Origin: Alphaproteobacteria bacterium
GTDB lineage: Bacteria > Pseudomonadota > Alphaproteobacteria > UBA7887
NCBI GenBank assembly: GCA_965201155.1
Contig: OZ241752.1
Span: forward strand, 328,755 to 392,754
Reading direction: 5' to 3'
Length of the DNA: 64,000 bases
Shown here in pieces: positions 10,529-21,222 of the stretch; within the stretch, counting starts at the first letter, position 1, and every line of letters starts with the position of its first letter. A program made the position numbers and the translations under genes. The notes beneath the pieces were generated by a model. That model saw only the letters and a list, made by a program, of their open reading frames with translations, made no database searches and was not told the origin of the DNA.

Positions 10529-10617
10529 CGCCTTTCGTTGACTTCGGCAGGGGCCGTGCCTATGTGAATTGTTCCGGCGCCGCAGGTGCCGGCGCGCCGC
10601 CCCTTGGAGAACAATCT

Positions 10618-13335
10618 ATGTGGAATGCCGTTGTCCGAAAGATCATGGGCAACCCCAATGACCGCATCATCAAGGCGCACATGCGCAGGGTGGAGCGAAT
10701 CAATGCCCTTGAGCCCGAAACCGAAGCCCTTTCGGACTCCGATCTGAAAGCACGCACAGACACCTTCAGGAAGCGCATAGCCGACGGCGAAAGCCTCGAC
10801 AGCCTCCTCGATGAGGCCTTTGCCACCGCCCGTGAAGCCGCCAGACGTACCCTCGGCCAGAGACATTACGACGTGCAGTTGGTCGGCGGCATGGTCCTGC
10901 ACGAAGGCAAGATCTCCGAAATGAAGACCGGCGAAGGCAAGACGCTGGTCGCCACGTTGCCCGTCTATCTGAACGCTATCGGCGGAGACGGCGTCCATGT
11001 CGTCACCGTCAACGACTATCTCGCACGGCGCGACGCCGAATGGATGGGCCGCATCTACGGCTTCCTCGGCCTCTCGGTCGGCTGCATCGTGCCGGGCTTG
11101 GAAACCCCCGCGCGCCGAGACGCCTACGCCGCGGACGTGACCTACGGAACCAATAACGAATTCGGTTTCGACTATCTGCGCGATAACATGAAGTTCACGC
11201 TGGAGGACATGGTCCAGCGCAAACCCAATTTCGCCATCGTTGACGAGGTGGACAGCATCCTCATCGACGAAGCGCGCACCCCCCTCATCATCTCCGGTCG
11301 CACCGAAGACAATTCCAGCCTCTATATCAAGGTCAACCGCCTGATACCCGAACTCGCCGACGACGATTGCGAAGTCGACGAAAAAGCCCGCAAGGCAACG
11401 CTCACCGAAAAAGGTGCTGAAACCGTTGAGCGCCTCCTCAAACGCGCCGACCTGCTCCAGGGCAGCAATCTCTATGACGTCCAGAACGTCAGCGTCGTGC
11501 ACCATGTCAATCAGGCGCTGAACGCCCACAAGCTCTACCGCCGCGACGTGGACTACATCGTCAAGGACGGCCGGGTTGTGATCATCGACGAATTCACCGG
11601 CCGCATGATGGAAGGACGCCGCTATTCGAACGGCCAGCACCAGGCGCTGGAAGCCAAGGAAAATGTGGAGATCCAGAACGAGAACCAGACCCTGGCCTCC
11701 ATCACCTTCCAGAACTATTTCCGCCTCTACCCGAAACTCGCGGGAATGACCGGCACCGCCGCGACCGAAGCCTCCGAGTTCGCGGAAATTTACGGTCTCA
11801 ATGTCGTCGAAGTCCCAACTCACAAGGAGATGATACGCGCCGACAATGACGACGAAATCTACCGCACCGCCCGCGAGAAGAACGACGCCATCATCCAGCA
11901 GATCGACGAATGCCGGGAACGCGGCCAGCCCGTTCTCGTCGGCACCACCAGCATCGCCAAGTCCGAGGAACTCTCGGCCCTGCTCAAGCGCCGCAAGATA
12001 CCGCACAACGTCCTCAATGCGCGTTACCACGAACAGGAAGCCTTCATCATCGCCCAGGCGGGGCGCCCCAGCGCCGTAACCATCGCCACCAATATGGCCG
12101 GGCGCGGCACCGACATTCAGCTCGGCGGCAACCTTGAGATGCGTCTCACTCAGGAACTCGCCGGCGTCGAGGACGAGGCACGCCGCGAGCGCGTCGCCTC
12201 TCGCGTCAACAAGGACATTGAAGCCGGCCACAAACAGGCCATTGAAGCCGGCGGCCTTTATGTAATCGGCTCCGAACGCCACGAAAGCCGGCGCATCGAC
12301 AACCAGCTTCGCGGACGCTCCGGCCGCCAGGGAGACCCCGGTGCATCAAAATTCTTCCTGTCGCTCGAAGATGACCTCATGCGCGTCTTCGGCTCCGAAC
12401 GCATGGACGGCATGCTGCGCCGCCTCGGAATGGAGGAAGGCGAAGCCATATTCCACCCATGGATCAACAAGGCGCTCGCCAAGGCACAGGAAAAAGTGGA
12501 AGCGCGCAACTTCGACATTCGCAAGAACCTGCTGCGCTTCGACGATGTCATGAACGACCAGCGCAAGGTCATCTACGCCGAACGCATCGACCTCATGGCG
12601 GACCACGATGTCTCTGACGCCGCTCAGGAAATGCGTCGCCACGTCATAGAGAACCTCGTCTCGCGCTACATCCCGGAAAACGCCTTCGCCGAACAATGGA
12701 AGGTCGACAGCCTCCACGAAGAAGCCCTGCGCATCTTCGGCCTCGATTTGCCGTTCGCCGAATGGGCCGCCGAGGAAGGCATAGCCGATGAGGAAATCCG
12801 CGAACGCCTGATCGACAGCGTTGATCGCAAGATGGCCGAAAAGGCCGCTCGCATCGGTCCCGATTCCATGCGGCAGGTCGAAAAGTCGCTGATGCTGCAG
12901 CTACTCGACCAGCTCTGGAAAGACCATCTCTTGTCTCTCGACCATTTGCGCACCGGCATCGGCCTGCGCGCCTTCGCCCAGCGCGACCCCCTCAACGAAT
13001 ACAAGCGCGAAGCGTTCGAAATGTTCGAGGACATGCTTGAACGCCTCCGCGAGGCGGTGACACACACCCTCGCGCACGTCGAACTCCGGGCGCCGCCGCC
13101 GGAACTGTTCGCTGCTGTCCGCGCGCGCGCCGCGCCGCAAATGTCCGAACAGCGCGAACCCGTTCTCGCTGGCGCCGACGCCCCCGCGCCTGCCCCGGCA
13201 ACCGCGCGCTCCCGCATCCCCCAGGTACAGCGCAACCCCAACTTGCCCGAAAGCTGGGGAAAGGTAGGGCGGAACCAGCCCTGTCCCTGCGGCTCCGGCA
13301 AGAAATACAAGCACTGCCACGGCAGGCTTGCCTGA
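10618..13335 (+). CDS. secA: Preprotein translocase ATPase SecA
   Basis: Full-length SecA (906 aa) with the DEAD motor, and the conserved C-terminal zinc finger [17 protein letters not shown] at 10618 with a GGAGA RBS. Confidence 0.95.
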   Translation: MWNAVVRKIMGNPNDRIIKAHMRRVERINALEPETEALSDSDLKARTDTFRKRIADGESLDSLLDEAFATAREAARRTLGQRHYDVQLVGGMVLHEGKISEMKTGEGKTLVATLPVYLNAIGGDGVHVVTVNDYLARRDAEWMGRIYGFLGLSVGCIVPGLETPARRDAYAADVTYGTNNEFGFDYLRDNMKFTLEDMVQRKPNFAIVDEVDSILIDEARTPLIISGRTEDNSSLYIKVNRLIPELADDDCEVDEKARKATLTEKGAETVERLLKRADLLQGSNLYDVQNVSVVHHVNQALNAHKLYRRDVDYIVKDGRVVIIDEFTGRMMEGRRYSNGQHQALEAKENVEIQNENQTLASITFQNYFRLYPKLAGMTGTAATEASEFAEIYGLNVVEVPTHKEMIRADNDDEIYRTAREKNDAIIQQIDECRERGQPVLVGTTSIAKSEELSALLKRRKIPHNVLNARYHEQEAFIIAQAGRPSAVTIATNMAGRGTDIQLGGNLEMRLTQELAGVEDEARRERVASRVNKDIEAGHKQAIEAGGLYVIGSERHESRRIDNQLRGRSGRQGDPGASKFFLSLEDDLMRVFGSERMDGMLRRLGMEEGEAIFHPWINKALAKAQEKVEARNFDIRKNLLRFDDVMNDQRKVIYAERIDLMADHDVSDAAQEMRRHVIENLVSRYIPENAFAEQWKVDSLHEEALRIFGLDLPFAEWAAEEGIADEEIRERLIDSVDRKMAEKAARIGPDSMRQVEKSLMLQLLDQLWKDHLLSLDHLRTGIGLRAFAQRDPLNEYKREAFEMFEDMLERLREAVTHTLAHVELRAPPPELFAAVRARAAPQMSEQREPVLAGADAPAPAPATARSRIPQVQRNPNLPESWGKVGRNQPCPCGSGKKYKHCHGRLA

Positions 13336-13341
13336 GTCCTG

Positions 13342-14742
13342 TCACTCAGGAACCGGCGGCATGACAAACGGATGCGCCCATTCATAGGCCCGGCACGCGC
13401 GCAGCACCAGCGCATCCGCAAAGCGCGCCCCGACAAGCTGCGCCGCCGCCGGCATTCCCTCGGCCGTGAAGCCGCACGGAAAACTTGCCGCCGGCTGCTG
13501 GGTCATGTTGAACGGATAGGTGAACGGCGACCATTCCCACCACCGCGCCATACCGGAACCCGGCGGCACATTGACTCCCGCCGCAAACGCCGTAATCGGC
13601 AATTGCGGTGTCATGAACAGATCGTACTCCTTGTGCAGACGCTGCATGTGCCGACCGAGCGCCTCGCACGCCTGCCCGGCGCGTCGATACGCTACCGCGC
13701 TCGTGGAAAACCCCCGCTCCGCCAATTCCTGCAAGGGCGCATCCAGCAATGCGCGCCGCGCCTCATCCAGCGGCGCCAGCGCCACTGCGAGCGCGGTGGA
13801 CCATAGCGTGATCATGTCCTCGGTCGGATCCGAAAACGGCGGCGCCACTGCTTCCACAACAGCGCCCATTTCGGCAAATTGCGCCGCTGCCGCATCAACC
13901 AGCGCCGCCACTTCTTCGGCAACCGTCACATAGCCAAGGTCGCGGCTATACGCGATGCGCAGCCCCGCAACCCCCTCTTCCGCACCCGCGAGAAAATCCA
14001 CCGACCCCGGCGCCGCCGCAAGGGGATCGCGCCCATCCGGCGCCGAAATCACCGACAGCATCAGCGCCGCGTCCTCCACTGTGCGCGTGATCGGCCCCTG
14101 ATTCCACAAATTCCCTGCCGGAGAATGCGGATAGACCGGCACCAGTCCGAAAGTCGGCTTATGGCCGAACAGCCCGCAAAATGCGGCGGGAATACGTATG
14201 GATCCGCCGCCATCACTGGCCAGATGAAGCGCTCCGAGCCCCAATGCCGCCGCCGCCGCCGCCCCGCCGCTGGAACCGCCGGGCGTCCGTTCCGCATCCC
14301 AGGGGTTGACCGTGACTCCGGTAAGCGGACTGTCTGTGACTCCTTTCCAGCCAAATTCCGGCGTCGTGGTCTTGCCCAGCAGCACGGCGCCCGCTTCCCG
14401 TAAATGCGCTACCGGCGGCCCGTCTTCATCGCACGCCTGGTCGGCGTCAGTCGCCAGGGACCCGCGCCGCGTCGGCCAGTATTTGGTGAGGATCAGGTCC
14501 TTCACCGTAACCGGCACGCCGTCCACTGCCCCGGCCGGCTCGCCTCGCATCCAGCGCGCTTCGGATTGCCGCGCCTGCGCCAGTGCGCGTTCCGCATCGA
14601 CCACGCAAAACGCATTATACGTGCCCTGCAGCCGCTCGATCCGCTCAAGAATCGCCCGCGTGACTTCCACCGGCGACAGGCGCCGGTCGCGGTAGGCGGA
14701 AACGAGCGCGACAGCCGACAGGGCGCAGACATCGCCGCTCAT
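13342..14742 (-). CDS. Amidase signature (AS) family amidase
   Basis: GGSSGGAAAAAALG...GSIRIPAAFCG amidase signature. 466 aa. Confidence 0.8.
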   Translation of the reverse strand: MSGDVCALSAVALVSAYRDRRLSPVEVTRAILERIERLQGTYNAFCVVDAERALAQARQSEARWMRGEPAGAVDGVPVTVKDLILTKYWPTRRGSLATDADQACDEDGPPVAHLREAGAVLLGKTTTPEFGWKGVTDSPLTGVTVNPWDAERTPGGSSGGAAAAAALGLGALHLASDGGGSIRIPAAFCGLFGHKPTFGLVPVYPHSPAGNLWNQGPITRTVEDAALMLSVISAPDGRDPLAAAPGSVDFLAGAEEGVAGLRIAYSRDLGYVTVAEEVAALVDAAAAQFAEMGAVVEAVAPPFSDPTEDMITLWSTALAVALAPLDEARRALLDAPLQELAERGFSTSAVAYRRAGQACEALGRHMQRLHKEYDLFMTPQLPITAFAAGVNVPPGSGMARWWEWSPFTYPFNMTQQPAASFPCGFTAEGMPAAAQLVGARFADALVLRACRAYEWAHPFVMPPVPE

Positions 14743-14770
14743 CGCGAACTCTCCTCGGAATGCCGGGGCA

Positions 14771-14802
14771 CAGAAGGCCGAGTGTGGTTACTCGGCCTTC
14801 TG
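14771..14802. terminator. Perfect 13-bp-stem hairpin (cagaaggccgagt-gtggtt-actcggccttctg) between convergent/tandem minus-strand genes
   Basis: The inverted repeat is read directly from the sequence. It lies immediately 3' of the molybdo-enzyme large-subunit stop on the minus strand, with no clear U-tract. Confidence 0.35.
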
Positions 14803-14841
14803 CCAGGAGGCAGGCAGTTGGTAGAAGCTGCCCGCACGCCC

Positions 14842-17295
14842 TCAGGTCTGAGTCATCGCCCGCAGCACCGCCTCCGGCGTGATCGGCATATGGCGCACGC
14901 GCGCACCGACCGCGTCGAACACGGCATTCGCCACCGCAGGGCCGACAACCGTCGAGGAAGGCTCACCGACCCCGCTCGGGTGGTTGCCGGATTCCACGAG
15001 CTCCACGTCGATCTCCGGCGTCTGGCTCAACCGGAGCGGGCGGTATGTATCGAAATTGGCCTGCTCGAACGCGCCGTCCCGCACCGTCAGACGCTCGGAG
15101 AGAATCTGGCTCGCGCCCCACAGCGCCGCACCCTTGATCTGGTGCTCGGCATTGCGCGGATTGACCGCAATGCCCATGTCCATGGCGATCGTCAATTTCT
15201 TGATCGACACTTCGCCGCTGTCGGGGTTGACAGCAACTTCCGCCACTCCTGCCACCCAGGTCGGGCTTTGGCGTTCTTCCGCTGCCGATACGCCGATTCC
15301 CATGCCGTGATTTTCGGGCAGGCGTTTTCCCCAGCCGGCCTTGCCGGCCGCCACGCGCAGCACATTGGCCAGCCGCGCAGCGCCGCCGACCGTCGCCGAC
15401 TCATAGGGAATCCAGCTCCCGTCCTGCGGCCAGGGCAGGGAAATCCACAGCCGGTCCATGTAATAGTCCGACCCGGTGCCCGGCGGATAACCCGCATTGG
15501 GAATGCCGCGTTTTTCGCCCTCACCAGTAAGCAGCGACAGCCGCAGCTCCAGCGGATCCCGCTTCAGGCGATGCGCCACTTCGTCAAGGAACGACTCCAC
15601 GACAAAATAATTATAGGCGTTCGACACGGTACGCAGCGCCGACGCCTGCACCGCCCAGGTGGTCGGATCGTGGTTGATCCCCCGCACCTTGTAATTCGGG
15701 ACCGAATACCAGTGATCACTGCCGCCGATCGACCATTGGTCCATATCCCGGCCCGATTCGTCATCGGCGTCAAGCTGCAACCAGTCCGAGCCATAAGCTT
15801 TCCCGACCGAGAAGCGCGGCCCCATATAGCCGCATACAATGTCGTGCTCCATTGCCGTCAGGTCGCCGCCGTTCAGCCCCGCACGCAAATGATGCAGCGT
15901 CGGCGTGCGCGGGAAGGACGTAGCGAAATTGGACTCGCGAGTCTGGATCAGCTTGACCGGCCGCCCTACCACATGGCTCGCATATGCCGCGGCCAGAATT
16001 TCGTCATAATCCTGCTTGCCGCCGAACCCGCCGCCCAATATCGACTGATGCACGACGACGTTGATCTCGTCGGCCGGCTTGCCCAGCACATGCGACAGAT
16101 AGCCGGTCAGCGTCATCCGCGCGAACGAGGTGCTTTGCGTGCCCGTATGAACATGCCATGTGCCGCCCGCCTCATGCACCGTCGCGTTGAGCGGTTCCAT
16201 GGTGGCGTGGACCACCATGTCGGTCGTGTATTCGGCGTCGATCACCTCTTCCGCAGCATCAAATGCCGCCGCCGTATCGCCCTCCAGAACCCAGGGCGCC
16301 CCCGCATCCGGGTCCGCCTGCAGCGCGCGATATTCGTCCATCAGCCCGCCCAGCGAGACATCGCCGTAAGGCCCGGCATCCCATTCGATTTCCAGCGCCT
16401 GCGCCGCCTTGACCGCAGTGGGAAACTTGTCGGCAATCGCCAGCACCCAGCCGGTGCATTTCCCCCAGCTGTCATCGACGATCACTGCCTGCATGAATCC
16501 CGGAATACGCCGCGCCGCTGTATCGTCCACCGACAGTGCTTTTGACTTGTATCGCGAGCGTGGTATCGCCATCGCCGCATACATCATTCCCGGCAAGAAT
16601 GTATCGATGCCGTATTTCGCTTGGCCGTTCGTCTTTTCCGGTATATCCAGCGCTGGTTCGGACCGGCCGATGATCCGGTATTCCTCCCGCGGCTTGCGTG
16701 GAATATTGCGGAAATCATCGGGATAGTGGAACACGCGATCGATGGTCGTCTGGTGGAGAATATCCCCATAGTCGATTGAGCGCCCGGACGCTGTGTCGAT
16801 CACGCGGCTGTTGCGCGCCTGGCAATTGCCGACCTCCGCGCCGAGCAGCGCCGCCCCGGCCTCGATCAGAACGATGCGGCCCGCGGCGCCGGCGCGCGAC
16901 AGGCGGTCGAATTCCGTCGTCACACTGCCGCTGTTCACCGTATAGGCCAGCCCGTAGACAGCGAAGTTCTCCGCCGAGCCTTCGGGATAGTCGAGCGTCA
17001 CCGTACTCCAGTCCACTTCCAGTTCGTCGGCGATGATCTGCGCCAGCGCCGTACCGATATGCTGCCCCATCTCCGCCTTGACGATATGCATGATCGTCTT
17101 GCCGGAAGGCAGCATCGTGAACCAGATGGACGGCGTGAAGGATGTTGTGCCGGCAGCGCTCGCATCACGCGCCGGCGCTACCCCAAGTCCGAACGCCAGC
17201 ACTGCACCGGCCGCTGTTACGGACGACCGTATCAGAAAGTCGCGGCGCGACACGCCGGCGTCGCGCGCCAGTCTCTTCTCCGTTCGGGCGCTCAT
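14842..17295 (-). CDS. Molybdopterin-dependent oxidoreductase large subunit (xanthine dehydrogenase/aldehyde oxidase family, IorB-like), TAT-exported
   Basis: Start reset to the ATG at 17295 (RBS GAGGAGACG, overlapping the upstream gene's stop). N-terminus MSARTEKRLARDAGVSRRDFLIRSSVTAAGAVLAFG is a twin-arginine signal. The body has the XDH-family hammerhead and MoCo-binding regions. Confidence 0.8.
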   Translation of the reverse strand: MSARTEKRLARDAGVSRRDFLIRSSVTAAGAVLAFGLGVAPARDASAAGTTSFTPSIWFTMLPSGKTIMHIVKAEMGQHIGTALAQIIADELEVDWSTVTLDYPEGSAENFAVYGLAYTVNSGSVTTEFDRLSRAGAAGRIVLIEAGAALLGAEVGNCQARNSRVIDTASGRSIDYGDILHQTTIDRVFHYPDDFRNIPRKPREEYRIIGRSEPALDIPEKTNGQAKYGIDTFLPGMMYAAMAIPRSRYKSKALSVDDTAARRIPGFMQAVIVDDSWGKCTGWVLAIADKFPTAVKAAQALEIEWDAGPYGDVSLGGLMDEYRALQADPDAGAPWVLEGDTAAAFDAAEEVIDAEYTTDMVVHATMEPLNATVHEAGGTWHVHTGTQSTSFARMTLTGYLSHVLGKPADEINVVVHQSILGGGFGGKQDYDEILAAAYASHVVGRPVKLIQTRESNFATSFPRTPTLHHLRAGLNGGDLTAMEHDIVCGYMGPRFSVGKAYGSDWLQLDADDESGRDMDQWSIGGSDHWYSVPNYKVRGINHDPTTWAVQASALRTVSNAYNYFVVESFLDEVAHRLKRDPLELRLSLLTGEGEKRGIPNAGYPPGTGSDYYMDRLWISLPWPQDGSWIPYESATVGGAARLANVLRVAAGKAGWGKRLPENHGMGIGVSAAEERQSPTWVAGVAEVAVNPDSGEVSIKKLTIAMDMGIAVNPRNAEHQIKGAALWGASQILSERLTVRDGAFEQANFDTYRPLRLSQTPEIDVELVESGNHPSGVGEPSSTVVGPAVANAVFDAVGARVRHMPITPEAVLRAMTQT

Positions 17296-17296
17296 G

Positions 17297-17761
17297 TCAC
17301 GTCTCCTCTTCCGCGATTTCGGCGGCGCGGCGCACCGCGCCCACAATGTGGCTGTAGGTGGCGCAGCGGCACAGATTCCCGTCCATCGCCTCTACGATTT
17401 CCGCATCGCTCGGCGCCGAATTGCCAGCAAGAAACGCGGCCGCCTGCATGATCTGGCCTGACTGGCAATAGCCGCATTGCGGCACCTGCGCTTCCATCCA
17501 CGCTTGCTGAACCGGGTGCCGGTCCGCATGGTGCAAGCCCTCGATGGTCGTGATCGCGGTCCCCGCCGCATCACTGACCGCAACTTGGCACGACCGTATC
17601 GCGACGCCATCGACATGAACGGTGCACGAGCCGCACAAGCCGACCCCGCACCCATATTTCGTGCCCGTGAGCTGCAATTCCTCGCGAATCACCCACAGCA
17701 AGGGCGTATCGTCGGGCGTATCGACAAAATGACTGCGCCCATTGATGGTCAGATAGGGCAT
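17297..17761 (-). CDS. (2Fe-2S)-binding small subunit of the molybdo-oxidoreductase (IorA/CoxS-like)
   Basis: CGVGLCGSC and QCGYC cluster-binding motifs. 154 aa. Translationally coupled to the large subunit. Confidence 0.85.
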   Translation of the reverse strand: MPYLTINGRSHFVDTPDDTPLLWVIREELQLTGTKYGCGVGLCGSCTVHVDGVAIRSCQVAVSDAAGTAITTIEGLHHADRHPVQQAWMEAQVPQCGYCQSGQIMQAAAFLAGNSAPSDAEIVEAMDGNLCRCATYSHIVGAVRRAAEIAEEET

Positions 17762-18018
17762 TGTTCCCGTGGCTCCTTCCCGAAACTCTGATGAAGGCTG
17801 GTAAGGGTTGATTCAATGCTCCCTCAAGCCAGGCCCGCAAGCCGATAAATGCCGTGGATCATCCGAATCCTGCCATTGCCGCAGCACGACCGCGCCGTTA
17901 TTCCCGCAAAACCTCCGTCCGGGCTTGACACGGGAACGAAAGCCGCGCGAAAGTTCCCCTCCAACATGGCAGCCGCGCGCGGAAAGGCGCCCGCGCCGGC
18001 CGCAGGGAACTCAAGGCG

Positions 18019-19038
18019 GTGCAGAACCCCGCAAATATCTGGGACGACGCCCCTCTGAACGCCTACCGCGTCGCTTCAACCGTGAACCCGGATGAAGCGA
18101 TCGACATAATCTCTCATACCTATTGCGGCCGCGAAGCCCGCCTGATCACAGCCGTCGATGCGCTCCGCTTCCGGTTTTGCGAGGCCCGCCTGGGCCGAAC
18201 CACCCTCGGCGCCATGTCGTTCGACTCGGACGTCCATTACGACCTCGGCGAAACCGAATCCTGCTTCCTGATCCAGCTCGCCGACCGCGGCACCATTGAA
18301 TATGTCAATGGCGGTGAAACCTGCGAAGTCACCCCGACACAGGGAATGGTGACATCACCCACCCGCCCGCTGCGGATTCACTACGGTAAGCGCTCCCGGG
18401 GCTTCATCTTCAAGATCGACCGGCGCACCCTTGAGAACCATTTCCGCACCTTGACTGGCGCGACCCTCTCTCGTCCCTTGATCTTCGGCGCATCAATCCC
18501 CGACCGCAGCAGCTTTGCCCTCCGATATGGCCGCCTCTTGCGCTACTTGGTCGGCGAACTCGACGCCGATGGCGGCATCCTCTCCATGCCCCGCTATATC
18601 GCGAACATCGAGGACTTGGTGATGACCGCCCTGCTGACCGGGCAGCGGCATAATTTTTCCCATTGCCTCAAAACACCCCCGCCATCCACGACACCCGCCC
18701 TGATCCGGCGTGTGGAAGAGTACGTCCTTGCAGACCCCGCACGGCCCTGCTCCATCGCCGATTTCGTCTCGCTTACCGGCGTCAGCGGACGCTCGCTCTA
18801 CCGCGCATTCCGCCGCTATCGCGGCTGCACCCCCATGTCCTTCGTCCGCACTGCCCGCCTGAACATGGCGCGAATACAGCTCACCGCCGGCACCCCCGGC
18901 GCCACCGTAACCTCCATCGCCCTGAACTGCGGCTTCGAACACCTGGGCCGCTTCGCCCACGACTACGCCGCCCACTACGGCGAACCCCCCTCCCAAACCC
19001 TAAAAACCGCCCGCCACCCCGCCCCACCCCCGAACTGA
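18019..19038 (+). CDS. AraC family transcriptional regulator
   Basis: C-terminal AraC-type HTH (…SIADFVSLTGVSGRSLYRAFRRYRGCTPMSFVRTARL…). Divergent to the molybdo-enzyme operon. Confidence 0.75.
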   Translation: MQNPANIWDDAPLNAYRVASTVNPDEAIDIISHTYCGREARLITAVDALRFRFCEARLGRTTLGAMSFDSDVHYDLGETESCFLIQLADRGTIEYVNGGETCEVTPTQGMVTSPTRPLRIHYGKRSRGFIFKIDRRTLENHFRTLTGATLSRPLIFGASIPDRSSFALRYGRLLRYLVGELDADGGILSMPRYIANIEDLVMTALLTGQRHNFSHCLKTPPPSTTPALIRRVEEYVLADPARPCSIADFVSLTGVSGRSLYRAFRRYRGCTPMSFVRTARLNMARIQLTAGTPGATVTSIALNCGFEHLGRFAHDYAAHYGEPPSQTLKTARHPAPPPN

Positions 19039-19413
19039 ACCCGAATACTCCGACACCCCCGCGCGGCACGGCCCCACTCCAGACAGCCGGTCCACCCCGT
19101 ATCCTTCAGACTCGCTTGGTCAGCCACCCTCTGCGGACAACCAGAAGCGCGGCCCGCGCCGACGCAACAAAACGCCCTGCCGGCCACATTACGCGAACCA
19201 AACCCGCAAAGAACGTGCCGACCGCGGCGCAAAGGCCATGATCCCACCCACCATTGGCCCCGGAACTCTCATCCCGATTGCCCCGCTATACTGCACCGCC
19301 GTGATGGGGTTATCTTCGGGTTACCCGTTTTCCTGCGGGATCCGGAAGGCCACCCTACCGGGACAGCATGCAACGGGAGGGCCGGAGCAGCTTGGCACGG
19401 GAGCGGACACGGG

Positions 19414-19930
19414 ATGAATACAATGAACCGAGCGGCCGGGCTTGGCGTATCGCTAGCTTGTCTGGTGCTGGTGACAGCTTGGGCGGTTTCCGCATCGGCG
19501 CAGACGGTTGAAGACGCCGTGGCAGCGTACGACCGCGGCGACTATGCCGTCGCCTATCGCAGCTTTCTCACTAATGCCGAACAAGGCTCCGCTTTCGCCC
19601 AGTTCTTTCTCGGGGTCATGTAGGACTGGGGCCGGGGCGTTCCGCAGGACTATGCCGAGGCCGCAAGGTGGTACCAACGCGCCGCAGACCAAGGCAATGC
19701 GAGCGCTCAGTACAATCTTGCACTCATGTACCACCACGGCCGCGGCGTACCGCAGGATTATGCCGAAGCAATGATGTGGTACCGCCTCGCCGCCGACCAG
19801 GGCAACGCGAGCGCTCAGTACAATCTTGCACTCATGTACCACCACGGCCAAGGTGTTCCGCAGGATTATGCCGAGGCTGCGAGGTGGTACCGACGCGCCG
19901 CAGACGAAGGCCACGCGGGCGCTCAGTACA
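19414..19930 (+). pseudogene. Secreted Sel1-repeat (TPR-like) protein gene, with an in-frame TAG at 19621-19623 and a 3' end truncated by IS insertion
   Basis: Signal peptide (MNTMNRAAGLGVSLACLVLVTAWAVSASAQ) followed by Sel1 repeats (AQYNLALMYHHGRGVPQDYAEA...). A TAG replaces the conserved Tyr codon of the first repeat, in the same reading frame as the downstream ORF. The coding frame runs into the IS terminal repeat at ~19931. Confidence 0.6.
19690..19905. repeat. Two near-identical 108-bp tandem repeats, each encoding one Sel1 repeat
   Basis: 19690-19797 and 19798-19905 are nearly identical at the DNA level (…gcaatgcgagcgctcagtacaatcttgcactcatgtaccaccacggc…). Confidence 0.6.
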
Positions 19931-21222
19931 GGGAGGCTCTCGTAATTTGATTTCTTGTTTTCCTTGGTTGATTTGTCGGTTTTGTGGGGATGAAAGAGTC
20001 GGTGGAACTACGGATCAGGTGGGGAAAACGGTTCCCGACAGCGGTTGGAGAGCCTGAAACGGTTCACAGGGCACATAGGCCCCCCGTGTTCGGCATTCTA
20101 TTGAACCCTGTCGCAGCAGAGGGGCCGGTGGTTCGCCCGCAGCCAGACAAGCCGGCGCAGGTTGTACACCAGGTTCATCATGCCGATCTTGAAGCGTGCC
20201 CGGACCATGCCGATAGTCCTGACCCGCTTGCCGCCCATCGCTTCGTGTTGAGCAAAGACATGTTCGACGACCGCGCGCACCTTCGAACGCTTGCGGTTGG
20301 CTTCCTGGGAGCGCACAGGCAAGGGGCGGTTGCGATGCCCCTTGCGGTGAATGTGGCTGCGCCAGCCTCGTTCGGCCAGCAACCGCCTCATGGTGGCGAC
20401 TGCTGTAGGCACTGTCGGCCCAGACGGCGCCACTGGTATTCGTCTCATCAAGCACCTGTTCGAACATCTTGCTGTCGTGACACGCCGCATCGCTCGCCTC
20501 CCAGCGACGGACAAGACGATACGCACGGTCCACGCTGATGTGGTTCTTGTATCCGTAATGGGTTTCATTTCTCTTGCGCGTCCAGCGTGCGTCAGTGTCC
20601 TTGTGACGGCGCTTCTTCTGCGACCATTCGGACGGAACCTTCCCCGCCTTCACCTGTGCGTTCTCGTCGCGGCTGTTGCGTTGACGCGGCGCCTTCACAA
20701 AGCTCGCATCCACGATCTGTCCCCTGCGCGCCACATAGCCCTGGTCCTCGATCTGCGAGGACAGTTCCGAAAACAGGCTGTCAAACGCCTCCGCGAGTTT
20801 CAGGTTCTCCCGAAACCGCCAGATGGTCTTTGCATCGGGCACCGTATCCTCGGGATGCAGCCCCAGGAACCGGGCGAACGAATAGCGGTCGCGGATCTGG
20901 AACTCCGTCTGGTCGTCGCTCAGGTTGTACATTTGCTGCAAGACCAGAACCCGGAACATGAGAACCCGGTCGTATTCCCTGCGACCGGCATTGCTCTTGC
21001 GCGGCTTCGACAGTGCCGCGTCCAGCGCCGGGCGAAACCCCTCCCAGTCCACAGCACCGGACAGCTTCATCAACGGATCACCCAATCCGTCAAGCTTGGC
21101 AAACCGCTCTTCAAGGTCGAAAAAACCCGGCATTCCCATCAAACCTGCCTCCCAGAACAACAAGGCAGATTATACCACATAAATGGAAAAATCAGAGGAT
21201 TTTGAGAGGCTCCCTTATCTCA
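19931..21222 (-). mobile_element. IS5-family insertion sequence, copy 1 (~1.29 kb), transposase frameshifted
   Basis: Terminal inverted repeat GGGAGGCTCTC at both ends. Nearly identical to the copy at 24449-25735 but in inverted orientation. The outer 170 bp are 100% identical between copies. Confidence 0.8.
20015..21163 (-). pseudogene. IS5-family DDE transposase with a +1 frameshift (extra G in a GGCGG run, ~20375), relative to the intact copy
   Basis: Copy-2 protein reads ...SRHHEALLAERGWRSHIHRKG...; copy 1 reads ...SRHHEAVAGRTR..., and the correct C-terminus sits in a separate frame (ORF 20098-20568). Direct nucleotide comparison gives caccatgaggcgGttgctggcc in copy 1 versus caccatgaggcgttgctggcc in copy 2. 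Confidence 0.7.

Noticed and set aside
10309-12282. 657-aa minus-strand ORF inside secA
   Set aside because: Antisense to a full-length, highly conserved secA, with no recognisable domain.
14404-16545. 713-aa plus-strand ORF overlapping the amidase 5' end and the molybdo-enzyme
   Set aside because: It is Arg/Pro/His-rich nonsense and antisense to two genes with clear family signatures.
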